A stretch of 64,000 nucleotides of DNA from Candidatus Latescibacterota bacterium. Its GTDB lineage: Bacteria; Latescibacterota; UBA2968; UBA8231. The stretch is from assembly GCA_965248355.1 (NCBI GenBank), contig OZ252098.1, forward strand, positions 5,216,001-5,280,000, in the 5' to 3' direction. The position numbers and the translations under genes were made by a program. The notes under the pieces are model-generated. The model had not been told where the DNA came from. It saw only the letters and a list, made by a program, of their open reading frames with translations, and did no database searches. Within the stretch, counting starts at the first letter, position 1; each line of letters starts with the position of its first letter. This document shows positions 1 to 9,733 of the stretch, piece after piece.

Positions 1-885
1 CGCCACGTGGGGGCCGAGATTCTGCACCGGCGCGACGAGCTCGCCGCACCCGCGCTTGTCGCCGAACTGAGAATCCGCGATGTCCCTGCCGTGGCAGTAG
101 GGATAGCCGAAGTGCTGTCCTTCCGCGCTCAGTCTGTTCAGTTCGTCCGGTGGGGAATCGTCACCCAGCCAGTCTCGGCCGTTGTCGGTGAACCACAGTT
201 CCCCGGTTTCCGGGTGCCAGTCGAAGCCGACGGTATTGCGAACCCCCCGCGCCAGGATGGTGAAGCTTCCACCGGAGTCCAACCTTCCGATGGACGCGTA
301 GGGATCGCCAGCATCGCAGATGTTGCACGGCGCCCCGACCGGAACGTAGAGCAGGTCGTCGGGTCCGAAGCGGATGAACTTCCAGCCGTGATGGCCATCC
401 GTGGGGAAACCGTCGTTGACGATCTCAGGCCGGGGTGGGTCGTCGAGGTTCGCTTCGATGTCGGGATAGCGCAGGATGCGGCTGATCTCGGCTACGTACA
501 GGTCGCCGTCCTTGAAGGCGACCCCGTTGGGTGAGTTCAGGCCGCTGGCCAGGGTGATGACCCGCTCCGCCTTGTGGTCGCCGTCCTCGTCGCGCAGCGC
601 GTACACCCGGCCCCTGGAGCGGGTGCCGACGAACAGGGTGCCGTCCGCTCCCAGGCTCAGGGAACGGGCGCCGTCTACCCCCGCGGCGTAGACGCGAATG
701 TGGAATCCCTGCGGCAGCTCAATGCGGGCCAGGCGCGGGTCGCCGAGTGGCGGCGGCGGCTGCTGCGGCGGCGCCACTCCATCCGGCCCCACCCCGTCCC
801 CGGTTCCCGAGGGCCCCTGGCAGGCGCAGATGACCGCCGCCAACCCGGCGAGAGAGGGGATCAATGACCTGACGCGGACATTCAT
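1..885 (-). CDS. PQQ-dependent glucose/sorbosone dehydrogenase family lipoprotein (3' end beyond window start)
   Basis: Not in the ORF track because it lacks a stop inside the window. Manual translation from ATG 885: MNVRVRSLIPSLAGLAAVICAC (lipobox-like)...IELPQGFHIRVYAAGVDGARSLSLGADGTLFVGTR...HFGYPYCHGRDIADSQFG...QNLGPHVA, typical of the sorbosone dehydrogenase propeller family. Confidence 0.85.
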   Translation of the reverse strand, partial: MNVRVRSLIPSLAGLAAVICACQGPSGTGDGVGPDGVAPPQQPPPPLGDPRLARIELPQGFHIRVYAAGVDGARSLSLGADGTLFVGTRSRGRVYALRDEDGDHKAERVITLASGLNSPNGVAFKDGDLYVAEISRILRYPDIEANLDDPPRPEIVNDGFPTDGHHGWKFIRFGPDDLLYVPVGAPCNICDAGDPYASIGRLDSGGSFTILARGVRNTVGFDWHPETGELWFTDNGRDWLGDDSPPDELNRLSAEGQHFGYPYCHGRDIADSQFGDKRGCGELVAPVQNLGPHVA

Positions 886-967
886 AACGGAAGCTCGACC
901 GTCTGTCCCGGCGGCCCGAGCCGAGAGTATAGGACGTGGTTCACTATTCTGCCTATTGTTCTGCACC

Positions 968-2287
968 ATGAAGAATCTGAATCTACGTGTCCGCTACTTC
1001 CAGGACAGCACACCCGCTGATGTGCCGTGCCGCGAGACCGCGTTCATCCGTCGCGAGTTCGATATGCCGCTGGCGATCTCGGAGACCGCGCTGGTACTCG
1101 TCGACGTCTGGAACGTGCACTTCATCGAGAGCTGGATCGAACGCGCGGCGCGGATAACGACCGACGGCATTGTGCCGGTGCTGGACGCGGCCCGGCGGGT
1201 AGGCCTGACGATCGTGCATGCCCCCTCGCCGCCCGTAGCGGAGCGGTATCCGCAGCTCCAACGGCACAAGCCGCCCGAACCGTCGGCCCCCTCGACGTGG
1301 CCGCCTTCCGCTTTCCGAAGCCGGGAGGGCGACTATGCCGTCTATCGCGGTCCTCGCAGTCAACCACCGGGGATCGGCGTGCATTGGGACGAGCTCGCGC
1401 CGCAGCTCTCCGTCTCCCCTGCGATCGATGTGAAGCCCGAGGAGTTCGTGGTCGCCACAGGGCAGCAGTTGCATGAACTGCTGGAGGAGCGGCGCATCCT
1501 GCATCTGCTTTATGCTGGTTTCGCGACGAACTGGTGCGTGCTGGGAAGGGATTACGGCATTCGGGCCATGAAGCGGTATGGCTACAACATCGTGCTCCTC
1601 CGCGATGCCACAACGGGCGTGGAGTTTCCCGACACTTGCGATGACCTGCTCACAACGGAGATCTCCATTCGGGAAGTGGAGCAGCAGTACGGCTTCAGCG
1701 TATCGAACGCCGATTTCCTCGCAGCCATCGAGGCAGCACACCTGCCCATGGAAGCGCTGACGGCGGGACTGGCCAACATTCGTCAGTCGCCCAAGGCCAA
1801 GGGAGTATTGGAACTCATCGTGCGCAGGCCGCAGACGGAGACGCGGGAGGTCCTGGACGAGGGGGAACTCGATCCGGCCGAAGGACTGGTCGGCGACAAC
1901 TGGAAGCAGCGCGGCAGCTCGCAGACCGCAGATGGATCGGCGCACCCGGACATGCAACTCACGCTGACCAGTGTACGCCTGATGGCCCTGGTGGCGCCGG
2001 AAAGGCAGCGTTGGCCTCTGGCAGGGGATCAGCTGTACGTCGACCTGGACCTGAGTGTCGACAACGTGCCCCCCGGGACGCGTCTGTCCGTCGGCGAGGC
2101 CGTGATCCAGATCACGGAGCCGCCCCACACGGGCTGCAAGAAGTACGCCGCTCGCTTTGGGCTGGAGGCCCTGAGATTCATCAGCTCCCCGGAGGCCAAA
2201 CGGCTTCAGCTTCGCGGCGTCAACGCCAGGGTCATCCGCCCGGGGGCGATACGGGTTGGAGACGTCGTAAGGAAGCTGTCGAATTGA
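968..2287 (+). CDS. Isochorismatase/cysteine hydrolase domain fused to a C-terminal MOSC domain
   Basis: N-part TALVLVDVW...LLYAGFATNWCV...VLLRDAT (cysteine hydrolase). C-part GVLELIVRRP...GLVGDNW...LAGDQLYVDLDLS...PHTGCKK...LRGVNARVIRPGAIRVGD (MOSC). No stop between them. Start taken at ATG 968. Confidence 0.8.
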   Translation: MKNLNLRVRYFQDSTPADVPCRETAFIRREFDMPLAISETALVLVDVWNVHFIESWIERAARITTDGIVPVLDAARRVGLTIVHAPSPPVAERYPQLQRHKPPEPSAPSTWPPSAFRSREGDYAVYRGPRSQPPGIGVHWDELAPQLSVSPAIDVKPEEFVVATGQQLHELLEERRILHLLYAGFATNWCVLGRDYGIRAMKRYGYNIVLLRDATTGVEFPDTCDDLLTTEISIREVEQQYGFSVSNADFLAAIEAAHLPMEALTAGLANIRQSPKAKGVLELIVRRPQTETREVLDEGELDPAEGLVGDNWKQRGSSQTADGSAHPDMQLTLTSVRLMALVAPERQRWPLAGDQLYVDLDLSVDNVPPGTRLSVGEAVIQITEPPHTGCKKYAARFGLEALRFISSPEAKRLQLRGVNARVIRPGAIRVGDVVRKLSN

Positions 2288-2317
2288 GAGCGGCCGGGGT
2301 CAAGGTGTCGGGGGCGA

Positions 2318-2582
2318 CTCTGCTGCTCGCGCATTTCCTGGCGCATGGCCTGAAAATCACCCGCGCCACTGAACAATTCCGCCATCATCTGGCGCTGCTC
2401 GACGTATAGCGGCTTGAGCACCTCCCGCAGCGCGAGTATCTGCTTGTCGGTCACCTTGAGACCTGCTCCGGGGCCACGCCGACCCCCATGCCGCCACGCC
2501 GGCCTCCTGGCTGGGCCTCGAGCACCGCGACGCCTGACAAGCAGAGGGCGACAGTCCATACAGCCATCGTGCGAATGCGCAT
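2318..2582 (-). pseudogene. Frameshifted/internally deleted small secreted helical protein (Spy/CpxP-like)
   Basis: AAGGAG RBS, then ATG 2582 MRIRTMAVWTVALCLSGVAVLEAQPGGRRGGMG (signal peptide). This frame stops near 2452, while another frame continues LKVTDKQILALREVLK...GDFQAMRQEMREQQ. Confidence 0.45.
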
Positions 2583-2761
2583 CCTGTGGTTCTCCTTGCT
2601 GGGAGCTTGAGGGAGACTGCAGCGAATTGGACACTCCGTTCCCGCCTTTCATTCCACTGCCGTACCCTGGTCCGGGCGGAGCGCCTGGACTAATGTACTT
2701 CCTGTGTACTTCCTGCCGCTCACACCGACCTTCAGGACACCCGATCGTTCCTACCCCTCCG

Positions 2762-3301
2762 ATGGCACCGCTCCGACTTCTCTATCCGCTCGATGCCGCC
2801 TACAAGCACGCCGGCATCGATCCGCCGAGTGCGCGCGCTGTGGCAGCGGACGAGATTCCGCTGCCATACCGGTCGCTGCTGGTCCACGAGAACGACATGA
2901 CGGTCACCCTGGAGCGCCACCTCGGCGGGCGGATCGTGCTCCGGCCGCTCGGCGTCTTCACGCGGGGACGTTCCTACTTTCGGCGCGTCCTGCTGGTGCA
3001 TGAGGAGGCGGGGCAACCGGTGGAGATGGGGGCGATCCGGATGGAGCTCGACGCGTTCAACGCGACGCTCCGCAGGAAGATCCTCCAGAACGAGATTCCG
3101 CTCGGTCGGATCCTGCGGGACGGGGATGTCGACTACCGGAGCGTGCCGAAGGCGTTTCTGGCGATTACGCCGAACCCTGAAATAATGGGCGTATTCTGGA
3201 TGCGGCAGCCACGCCTGCTGTACGGCCGGCGGACCGAGATGCTCCGGGACGGCCGGAAGGTCGGTGACATCGTTGAAGTACTGCCGCAGGTGATCCGCTG
3301 A
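2762..3301 (+). CDS. Chorismate pyruvate-lyase (UbiC/DUF98)-like protein
   Basis: LLVHENDMTVTLERH...RRVLL...IPLGRILRD...LLYGRR...IVEVLP matches the chorismate-lyase fold pattern. Confidence 0.65.
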   Translation: MAPLRLLYPLDAAYKHAGIDPPSARAVAADEIPLPYRSLLVHENDMTVTLERHLGGRIVLRPLGVFTRGRSYFRRVLLVHEEAGQPVEMGAIRMELDAFNATLRRKILQNEIPLGRILRDGDVDYRSVPKAFLAITPNPEIMGVFWMRQPRLLYGRRTEMLRDGRKVGDIVEVLPQVIR

Positions 3302-3368
3302 TGGCCGGCGCGATGGTGCGCTACGCGCGCTGGAGACGCGGTCGTTGCTCTCTGCGAGGAATCTTCCA

Positions 3369-4307
3369 TTGGCCTGCACAGTAGATGAGAACTATCAAAG
3401 CAAGGCGCGCAAGCCTGACGACTTCGACGCCTTCTGGGATGACGTAAGAGCCCAGGTCGCCCGCGTCGAGCTCAACCCCAGGGTCGAGCCGGAACCGACG
3501 CGCTCGGACGACGAGGTCGAGGTGTTCCAGGCTTTCTACGACAGCATTGACAGCGTGAGAATAGCGGCCTGGTACTGCGTGCCGAGAGGAGAGCGAGGGC
3601 CGCTGCCAGCGATCATTGTAGTCCCCGGCTACCAGAGCGACCCGGGCATTCCCAAGGAGTGGGCGCGGCGGGGCTACGCCGTGCTGGGTGTGGCGCCACG
3701 GGGCAAGCTGCGCTCCAAAGGGCAGTTCGACCCCGGATATCCGGGTCTTCTGACCTATGGGATTGTGGACCGCAACGTGTATTCCTATCGGGGCTTCTAC
3801 GTGGACGCATGGCGCGGCGTCGACTTCCTGCTCTCCAGGGACGAGGTGGACTCCGGCAGGATCGGGGTCAGGGGAGGCAGCCAGGGTGGCGGGCTGACCC
3901 TGTGCACCGCCGCCATGCGCGACGAGATACGAGCCGCCGCCGCGGGAGCTCCGTACCTGACCGGGTTCATGGACGCCATCGAGCTTACCAGCACCTATCC
4001 GTACCAGGAGATCAACGACTATCTCAGGTTGCACCCATCCAGCCGGGAGCGGGTCGAGCGGACGCTGAACTACTTCGACTGCATCAACTTCGCGGATGGG
4101 ATCACCTGCCCCATCATCGTCAACATCGGGCTTCAGGACAACGTCTGCCCCCCTGAGACCGGCTATGCCCTCTTCCGAGGGATCGCGAGCCAGGACAAGC
4201 GACTCTACGCCTACGACGGAGAGGGACACAGCGCGGGTGGGCACGAACACGGGGCGATCGAGAGCGATTTCTTCGCCCGTCATCTTGGCCAGGGGGGATT
4301 CCAGTGA
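3369..4307 (+). CDS. Acetylxylan esterase / cephalosporin-C deacetylase (CE7)
   Basis: KPDDFDAFW N-terminus, GGSQGG nucleophile elbow, GLQDNVCPP (Asp) and GEGHS (His). TTG start at 3369 follows GAGGA. Confidence 0.85.
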   Translation: MACTVDENYQSKARKPDDFDAFWDDVRAQVARVELNPRVEPEPTRSDDEVEVFQAFYDSIDSVRIAAWYCVPRGERGPLPAIIVVPGYQSDPGIPKEWARRGYAVLGVAPRGKLRSKGQFDPGYPGLLTYGIVDRNVYSYRGFYVDAWRGVDFLLSRDEVDSGRIGVRGGSQGGGLTLCTAAMRDEIRAAAAGAPYLTGFMDAIELTSTYPYQEINDYLRLHPSSRERVERTLNYFDCINFADGITCPIIVNIGLQDNVCPPETGYALFRGIASQDKRLYAYDGEGHSAGGHEHGAIESDFFARHLGQGGFQ

Positions 4308-5191
4308 CTGAATCCACATATTGGGAGGAGGTTGTGGCGGAACTGGACTCTACGCCAGCGGAGCCTGAAATCGAGGCGATACCGCTGAGGGAGACCGATT
4401 TCGCCACCTTGAGCGGCGTCCGCCTGACCAGCGTCGGCCCCTATCGGCTGTTCGGATACCTGAGCGTTCCGAAAGGAGACGGGCCGTTCCCGGCGATCTA
4501 CTGGCCGCCAAGGTACGCGAGCGTACTGGAGATCATCCCGCAGGGAACGGCGAACGCCGTCCGAGGCCGGTTCGTGACCTTCTCCTTGGCCGGCAGGGGC
4601 CAGCGCAACTCGGACAAGCCCTTCGCGGCGATGTTCCCTGGACTGCTTACCGAGGGGATCGGATCGCCGGCAACCTACGTATTCAGGGGGATAGCCGCCG
4701 ACGCGGTGCGCGGCCTGGAGTTCCTGAACTCGCTCGAGTTCGTTGACAAGACGCGGGTCGTCGCAATCGGCAACGATGTGGCCATGCAGACCCTCGCCCT
4801 GCGGCCGTGGGCCACCCACTTGGTGTGCACGCCCGCCCTGTTCCTCGATCCCCTCAATCTCGCGGAACGCACGCGGGGCTACCCTCTGGAAGAGTACAAC
4901 GACTTTCTGAGAAGCAATCCGTCAGAACGGAATTCAGTGGCGGGAACGCTGTCCCACTTCGACTTGCGCGCCTTCGCGCCCAGGGTAGGGGCGACCACCC
5001 TCATCATGGCGGGCGCTGAAGGCTCGATACTGGCACCGGAAGCGATTCGCCCCCTTGCCGAGACCATCAAAGGCGAGACGACGGTCTACGCCTCTCGGCA
5101 CTCCGGCTACAAGAACGGCCTGTACATGGAGAACTGGGTCGCGGAGAAGCTCGGACTCGACGCTCCGATCCTGCCGGAGCACTGGCGGTAG
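4304..5191 (+). CDS. CE7 esterase-like paralogue lacking the catalytic serine motif
   Basis: Collinear with the upstream gene (GRGQRNSD, FPGLLTEGI, YVFRGIAADAVRG, YPLEEYND), but GxSxG is replaced by AIGNDVA. GTGA overlap with the upstream stop. Confidence 0.75.
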   Translation: MTESTYWEEVVAELDSTPAEPEIEAIPLRETDFATLSGVRLTSVGPYRLFGYLSVPKGDGPFPAIYWPPRYASVLEIIPQGTANAVRGRFVTFSLAGRGQRNSDKPFAAMFPGLLTEGIGSPATYVFRGIAADAVRGLEFLNSLEFVDKTRVVAIGNDVAMQTLALRPWATHLVCTPALFLDPLNLAERTRGYPLEEYNDFLRSNPSERNSVAGTLSHFDLRAFAPRVGATTLIMAGAEGSILAPEAIRPLAETIKGETTVYASRHSGYKNGLYMENWVAEKLGLDAPILPEHWR

Positions 5192-5212
5192 GCCCACCGA
5201 CCGGCCGGCCCC

Positions 5213-6784
5213 TCAATAGGGGTTGGAGGGCATCAGCTCCCAGGCGTTGGCGCTGGCCACGCGAGCCTCGCCGCCTTCGGCGAACACCCGCACCCCGCGG
5301 CCGCCGAGCGTGGGATACACGGCCCGCGCCAGGGCCTGGCGTTCGTTGGCGTAGACCTCGACGATGGAGCGGTCCACGAAGATCCGCAGGCGCAGGGGCT
5401 CGCCCGCCGGCAGCTCCAGGGGACCGGCCTCCACCACCTTGCGGCCGAAGCCGAGGCTGCTGCGGGTGGTGTCGCACTGAAGCTCGCCGGCCTCGGCGTC
5501 GTAGAGCAGGGTGGTCTGCTCGCGGCCGTCCTCCGAGCAGCAGACGCGCACGCCGCAGCGCTTCGCCGATCCCGCCTCCATGGTGATCTCCAGTTCCATC
5601 AGCTCCCGGCCGAAGTCCTCCAGCTCGATCTCCCCGCCGGCGCTTACCGTGAAGGATCCCCTCGAGCGGTGCCGCTGGCGCAGCAGGGCCAGCTCCTCCA
5701 CCGGGGCCATGCGCAGGCCGCCGTCGTCGCCGAGCCACAGGGAGCGGGGCAGCCCGTACATGCCGTTCCAGCCGCTGGGACGCCACACCTCCTCGGGCCG
5801 GTCGTCGAAGATCCAGGCCCACATGATCTGGCGGCCCTGCCCGTCGATGAGGGCCTCGGGGGCGAAGTAGGCGTTGTCGCACCAGGTCATGCGGCCGTGG
5901 CGCTGCGGCCGGAAGCGGTCGCCGGAGGTGTCGTAGGTGCCGATGTAGTACTGGCATCCCTTGTTGTGGGAGATGAACAGCAGCAGGTGCCGGCCGCTCG
6001 CCTCGCCGCCGCTCTCGTTCGACGGCAGGGGCAGGAAGCTGGGGCACATGTTGTCCTCGCTGCGGTCCGTCCACTCCCGCCGCGACTCGTAGAAGGGGTG
6101 CAGGTACTCCCAGCGCTCCAGGTCGTCGGAGACGAACAGGTAGAGGCGGTCCCCCTGCTGCTCCGGCGGGGAGTCGTCGGCGCGGCCGAGCTTGTCGAGG
6201 ACCTGCAGGTTGCCGGTGAGCAGGTACCAGCGGCCGTTCTTCCTCCAGATCTGCGAGGGATCGGAGGAGCCGTAGACCAGCGGCCGCCCTTGGGCGTCCA
6301 CGGTCTCGGTCAGCCCCCGGCCGGTGGAGGCGATCACCGGGTTGGCGGCGCTCTTGGTCCAGGTGTCGTAGTGCTCGTCGTCGGAGAAGGCCAGGCAGAT
6401 GCCGCGCTCCTCCCAGAGCCCCCAGTAGGAGAGGACGGCGCGGCCGTCGCCGTCGACGAAGGCGCCGCCGCTGAAGCAGCCCACGTCGCCCTCGCCGGGG
6501 CCGATGGCGTACGGGTGGTGGCGCCAGTGCAGCAGGTCGGCGCTCGAGACGTGCCCCCAGACGTAGCCGAGATCGGCGTGGTTGTAGAGGTACATCAGGT
6601 GGTAGCGGCCGTTGGCGTAGAAGGCGCCGTTCGGGTCCCCGGGGTGGCCGTTGTCCTCGGGGATGGTGAAGTGGTACCCGGGCCGGTGCGGGTCGGCGAG
6701 CATGCGGTAGCGCAGCTCCCGCGCCGCGTGCAGGACGCGGTCGTCGGCCGGCTGGTCGGCGGTGTAGCGGCTGGGCTCGGTCAT
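5213..6784 (-). CDS. Glycoside hydrolase family 32-like protein (5-blade propeller + beta-sandwich)
   Basis: HRPGYHF, GDPNG, YHLMYLYN, WGHVSSADLLHW, CFSGGA, YFAPE, LRIFVDRSIVEVYAN. Start ATG 6784. Confidence 0.85.
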   Translation of the reverse strand: MTEPSRYTADQPADDRVLHAARELRYRMLADPHRPGYHFTIPEDNGHPGDPNGAFYANGRYHLMYLYNHADLGYVWGHVSSADLLHWRHHPYAIGPGEGDVGCFSGGAFVDGDGRAVLSYWGLWEERGICLAFSDDEHYDTWTKSAANPVIASTGRGLTETVDAQGRPLVYGSSDPSQIWRKNGRWYLLTGNLQVLDKLGRADDSPPEQQGDRLYLFVSDDLERWEYLHPFYESRREWTDRSEDNMCPSFLPLPSNESGGEASGRHLLLFISHNKGCQYYIGTYDTSGDRFRPQRHGRMTWCDNAYFAPEALIDGQGRQIMWAWIFDDRPEEVWRPSGWNGMYGLPRSLWLGDDGGLRMAPVEELALLRQRHRSRGSFTVSAGGEIELEDFGRELMELEITMEAGSAKRCGVRVCCSEDGREQTTLLYDAEAGELQCDTTRSSLGFGRKVVEAGPLELPAGEPLRLRIFVDRSIVEVYANERQALARAVYPTLGGRGVRVFAEGGEARVASANAWELMPSNPY

Positions 6785-7046
6785 CGGCGGTCCTCCGGCC
6801 GAAAAGCTGGCGTCCGCGCCGGGCGGCGTCCACGTGGCGCCGCTGCCCGGGGGAGCCGCGCACCTGGACGCGTCCACCGGGGCGCCGCTCCTCCGCGGCC
6901 CGGGAGCGGTGGCCCGGGCAGGTCCACAGGCGCGCCATCGCTGCGTCCCAGGGGCGGACGGTCTCTCCGCCGTCCGGAGGTTGCCCCGGGCGGGCCTCTT
7001 TCCGCTTGATTCATCCGGCGCCTCCAGACAACGCGGAGAAAATCAG

Positions 7047-8699
7047 ATGAGAAGCGTCCCCCCGAGCCAGACCACCTTCGTGGCCCGCGACCCGGGCCTG
7101 TGGCAGGGCTTCGCCGGCCTGTGCCTGACCCCGGGCGGCCGGCTCGTGCTCGGCGTCAAGCAGGCCTACGGCCACGGCGCCTCGCGCTGGCAGCGGGTCG
7201 TGGCCATGACCAGCGGCGACCGCGGCCGCACCTGGTCGGCGCCGGATACGCTGGCCGAGGGCGACTTCGACCGCGGCCTGCCCTTCGTCGCCACCGGCGG
7301 CCTCTACCTGACCGCCCTGCGCGACGGCCGCGCGCTCATGCACTACTTCTCCGAGGGCTGGCCGGAGCGCCGGCCCACCGCACCCCTTCTCCGCACCAGC
7401 GACGACGGCGGCGAGACCTGGTCGCCGGAACGGCCCATGGGCCGCGGCCTGGAGTGCCGTCAGGACGGCGCCGTCCTCGAGCGCCGCAGCGGCGAGCTGC
7501 TGGTCTACACCGGCCTCAACCGGCTGCTGCGCTCCCTCGACGGCGGGCAGACCTGGGAGCTCTTCGGAGACCCGGTGGTGCCGGAGGGCTGTCCCCTGCA
7601 GCTGGGCGAGGTCTGCCTGGCCGAGGCGGCCGACGGCCGCCTGGTCATCCTCATGCGCGAGAACCACTACGCCAACTTCCCCATGTTCGCCGCCGCCTCC
7701 GAGGACGGCGGGCGCACCTGGAGCCGGCCGCGCCCGTCCCCCTTCATCGGCCACTGGCCGGCGGCCTTCGATCTCGGCGACGGGACCCACCTGCTGGCCT
7801 ACCGCAACGTCGGCGGCCGGGCCAACAGCCTCGTGTGGCGCGGCGACCTCGGCGACCTGCCGGGGTACCAGGTGTCGTCGTGCCGCTATCCGGCCGGGGG
7901 CTCTCCGGCGCGGCTCGTCGACGACGGCCTGTTGCTGCAGACCGACGACGCCCCCGGCGCCTTCGCCCAGTTCTACCTGATGCCGGCCGACGATCCGGCG
8001 GCCCACGTGGTCCTCGAGGCCGAGGTCCGCTGCCTGGGCAACGCCGGGCAGGCCTGCAGCCTCGGCCTGAGGGGCGCCGGCTGGCTGCGCATCTTCCCCG
8101 ACCACATCGACCTGGAGCACATCCCGGGGCACAGCCGCGTGACCGTGACCGGCGACCGCTGGCACCGCTACCGCCTGGAGCTGGAGCGGGGGGTCCTGCG
8201 CGTCTCGGTGGACGGCCGGCAGGTCCTCGGCTATCCGGCCATCGACCTGGCGCCGGTCGGCCACGCTCCGTGCAACGCCTTCGGCTGCAAGTTCGACCAC
8301 CGGGAGCTGCCCCGGCCCGAGCTCTACCCGATGCGGGTCCGCCTGCCCCGGTACGTCCGGGCCGGCAACGCCGGCCGCAGCCTGTGGCGCTCGGTGAGCC
8401 TGGACATCACCGGCAACCGCTGGCTGCCCGACCACCACTACCGCTGGCGCCACGACCGCGACGGGCTCCCCGACGCCTGGCAGGAGGACCGCCTGCTCGA
8501 GCTGGAGCACTGCGTCGACGCCGGCGACTGGGGCAAGCCGGTGCCGGTGGCCTTCGCCGACGGCGAGTGTTTCGTCGTCGACTACTTCGGCAACGGCATG
8601 CCCGTGGGGTTCCCGTCCCTGGCGTGGCTGCAGCCGGACCGCGGCCACAACTGCTACGTGAGGGGCTACCGCTTCCGGCTGGAGGAGGTGGCCGGCTGA
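7047..8699 (+). CDS. BNR/Asp-box sialidase-family propeller protein with inserted beta-sandwich domain
   Basis: Asp-boxes SGDRGRTW, SDDGGETW, SLDGGQTW and SEDGGRTW. LamG-like WHRYRLELERGVLRVSVDG segment. GGAG RBS before ATG 7047. Confidence 0.7.
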   Translation: MRSVPPSQTTFVARDPGLWQGFAGLCLTPGGRLVLGVKQAYGHGASRWQRVVAMTSGDRGRTWSAPDTLAEGDFDRGLPFVATGGLYLTALRDGRALMHYFSEGWPERRPTAPLLRTSDDGGETWSPERPMGRGLECRQDGAVLERRSGELLVYTGLNRLLRSLDGGQTWELFGDPVVPEGCPLQLGEVCLAEAADGRLVILMRENHYANFPMFAAASEDGGRTWSRPRPSPFIGHWPAAFDLGDGTHLLAYRNVGGRANSLVWRGDLGDLPGYQVSSCRYPAGGSPARLVDDGLLLQTDDAPGAFAQFYLMPADDPAAHVVLEAEVRCLGNAGQACSLGLRGAGWLRIFPDHIDLEHIPGHSRVTVTGDRWHRYRLELERGVLRVSVDGRQVLGYPAIDLAPVGHAPCNAFGCKFDHRELPRPELYPMRVRLPRYVRAGNAGRSLWRSVSLDITGNRWLPDHHYRWRHDRDGLPDAWQEDRLLELEHCVDAGDWGKPVPVAFADGECFVVDYFGNGMPVGFPSLAWLQPDRGHNCYVRGYRFRLEEVAG

Positions 8700-8980
8700 G
8701 CAGCAGGCGCGCCGAAAAAGCTTGCCGTCCGGCCCCTGAGGTACCATCATTCTGGCGGCCCCGATCTCCGGGGGCCGCCTCGACGGCCGGTCTTCTCCAC
8801 CCGGCGCACGGAGCGGGCCCCCGGGCCAGGGGTCGTGATTCGACGGTGCAAGGGCACGTGAAAACCGATTCTCCGAGACGATTCTTGCCACGGGTGTAAC
8901 GTTCCGGTGGCTCTGCTTTCGGTGACCGTCACTGGAGGTCGAGGCGCTGGGCGCGACACCGACTTCTCAGGGAGGAAGAA

Positions 8981-9307
8981 ATGGCAACTCGAATCATCAT
9001 AGCCCTGATCATACTCGCGGCCCTCGTCCAGGGCTTGGCTCCCGACGCGGTCGGAGGCGGCATCCTGCCCCTTCTCCTCGTCATTCTGGGCCTGGTGTAC
9101 GGGTGGATGGCGGTCGATGCGGAGGACGCCACCGCCTACCTGGTCGTCACCCTCGCCGTGGGCGGGGCGACAAGCATGGACGTGCTGAGCAGCATCCCCG
9201 CCATCGGTGAGTCCCTGGACGCCATCTTCGACCAGGTGGCCATGGCCTTGTTTGCCGGGGTCATCACCATCCTCTGCCAGAGGACGCTCACCCGGCTCAA
9301 AGGGTAG
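8981..9307 (+). CDS. Small integral membrane protein (about 4 TM)
   Basis: Hydrophobic 108-aa ORF with GGAGG RBS. Confidence 0.7.
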   Translation: MATRIIIALIILAALVQGLAPDAVGGGILPLLLVILGLVYGWMAVDAEDATAYLVVTLAVGGATSMDVLSSIPAIGESLDAIFDQVAMALFAGVITILCQRTLTRLKG

Positions 9308-9391
9308 AGACCTCGGGCGCGCAGGCGGGGCCGCCGCGGAGATCCGATCGGATTCCCGCCCGGGTCGCCGCTTCCCCTTCATGAGAGATAG

Positions 9392-9425
9392 AAAGGCCGC
9401 CGGGCGCGGAACCCGGCGGCCTTTT
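9392..9425. terminator. Intrinsic terminator hairpin (possibly bidirectional)
   Basis: AAAGGCCGCCGGG-cgcggaa-CCCGGCGGCCTTT(T), a perfect 13-bp stem downstream of the 8981-9307 gene. Confidence 0.7.
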
Positions 9426-9454
9426 GCGTGATGACCGCGACGGGAGCCAGGAAG

Positions 9455-9733
9455 ATGCCGCAGCGCAGACAGAAGGTGATGATCCTCTACCTGTCCTACT
9501 CGGCCCTCGACAGCCCCGTCAAGGGATGGACCTTCTACGACGGCACCGGCCGGGAGCACCACACCACCGGCGACAGCACCGAGCCCCCGTACGCCACCGG
9601 CCTCGAGGCCCTGCGCGACGGCTGGCGGGTGATTCAGTTCCCGCAGCTGAACCCGCCCTATCCGGGCACCGAGTACACCACCTCGTTCCAGAAGAACGAG
9701 TTCATCTTCGAGAAGCTGGAGGAGATCGACTGA
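9455..9733 (+). CDS. Small hypothetical protein coupled to the downstream dioxygenase
   Basis: Good GC3 bias; TGATG overlap with the next gene. Confidence 0.75.
   Translation: MPQRRQKVMILYLSYSALDSPVKGWTFYDGTGREHHTTGDSTEPPYATGLEALRDGWRVIQFPQLNPPYPGTEYTTSFQKNEFIFEKLEEID

Noticed and set aside
7..867. Plus-strand ORFs 7-534 and 574-867
   Set aside because: Antisense shadows of the minus-strand sorbosone dehydrogenase gene, which has recognisable motifs.
6795..8735. gccgaaaa(a)gct(t)g.cgtcc on both sides of the BNR gene
   Set aside because: Short and imperfect, with no other sign of mobility.
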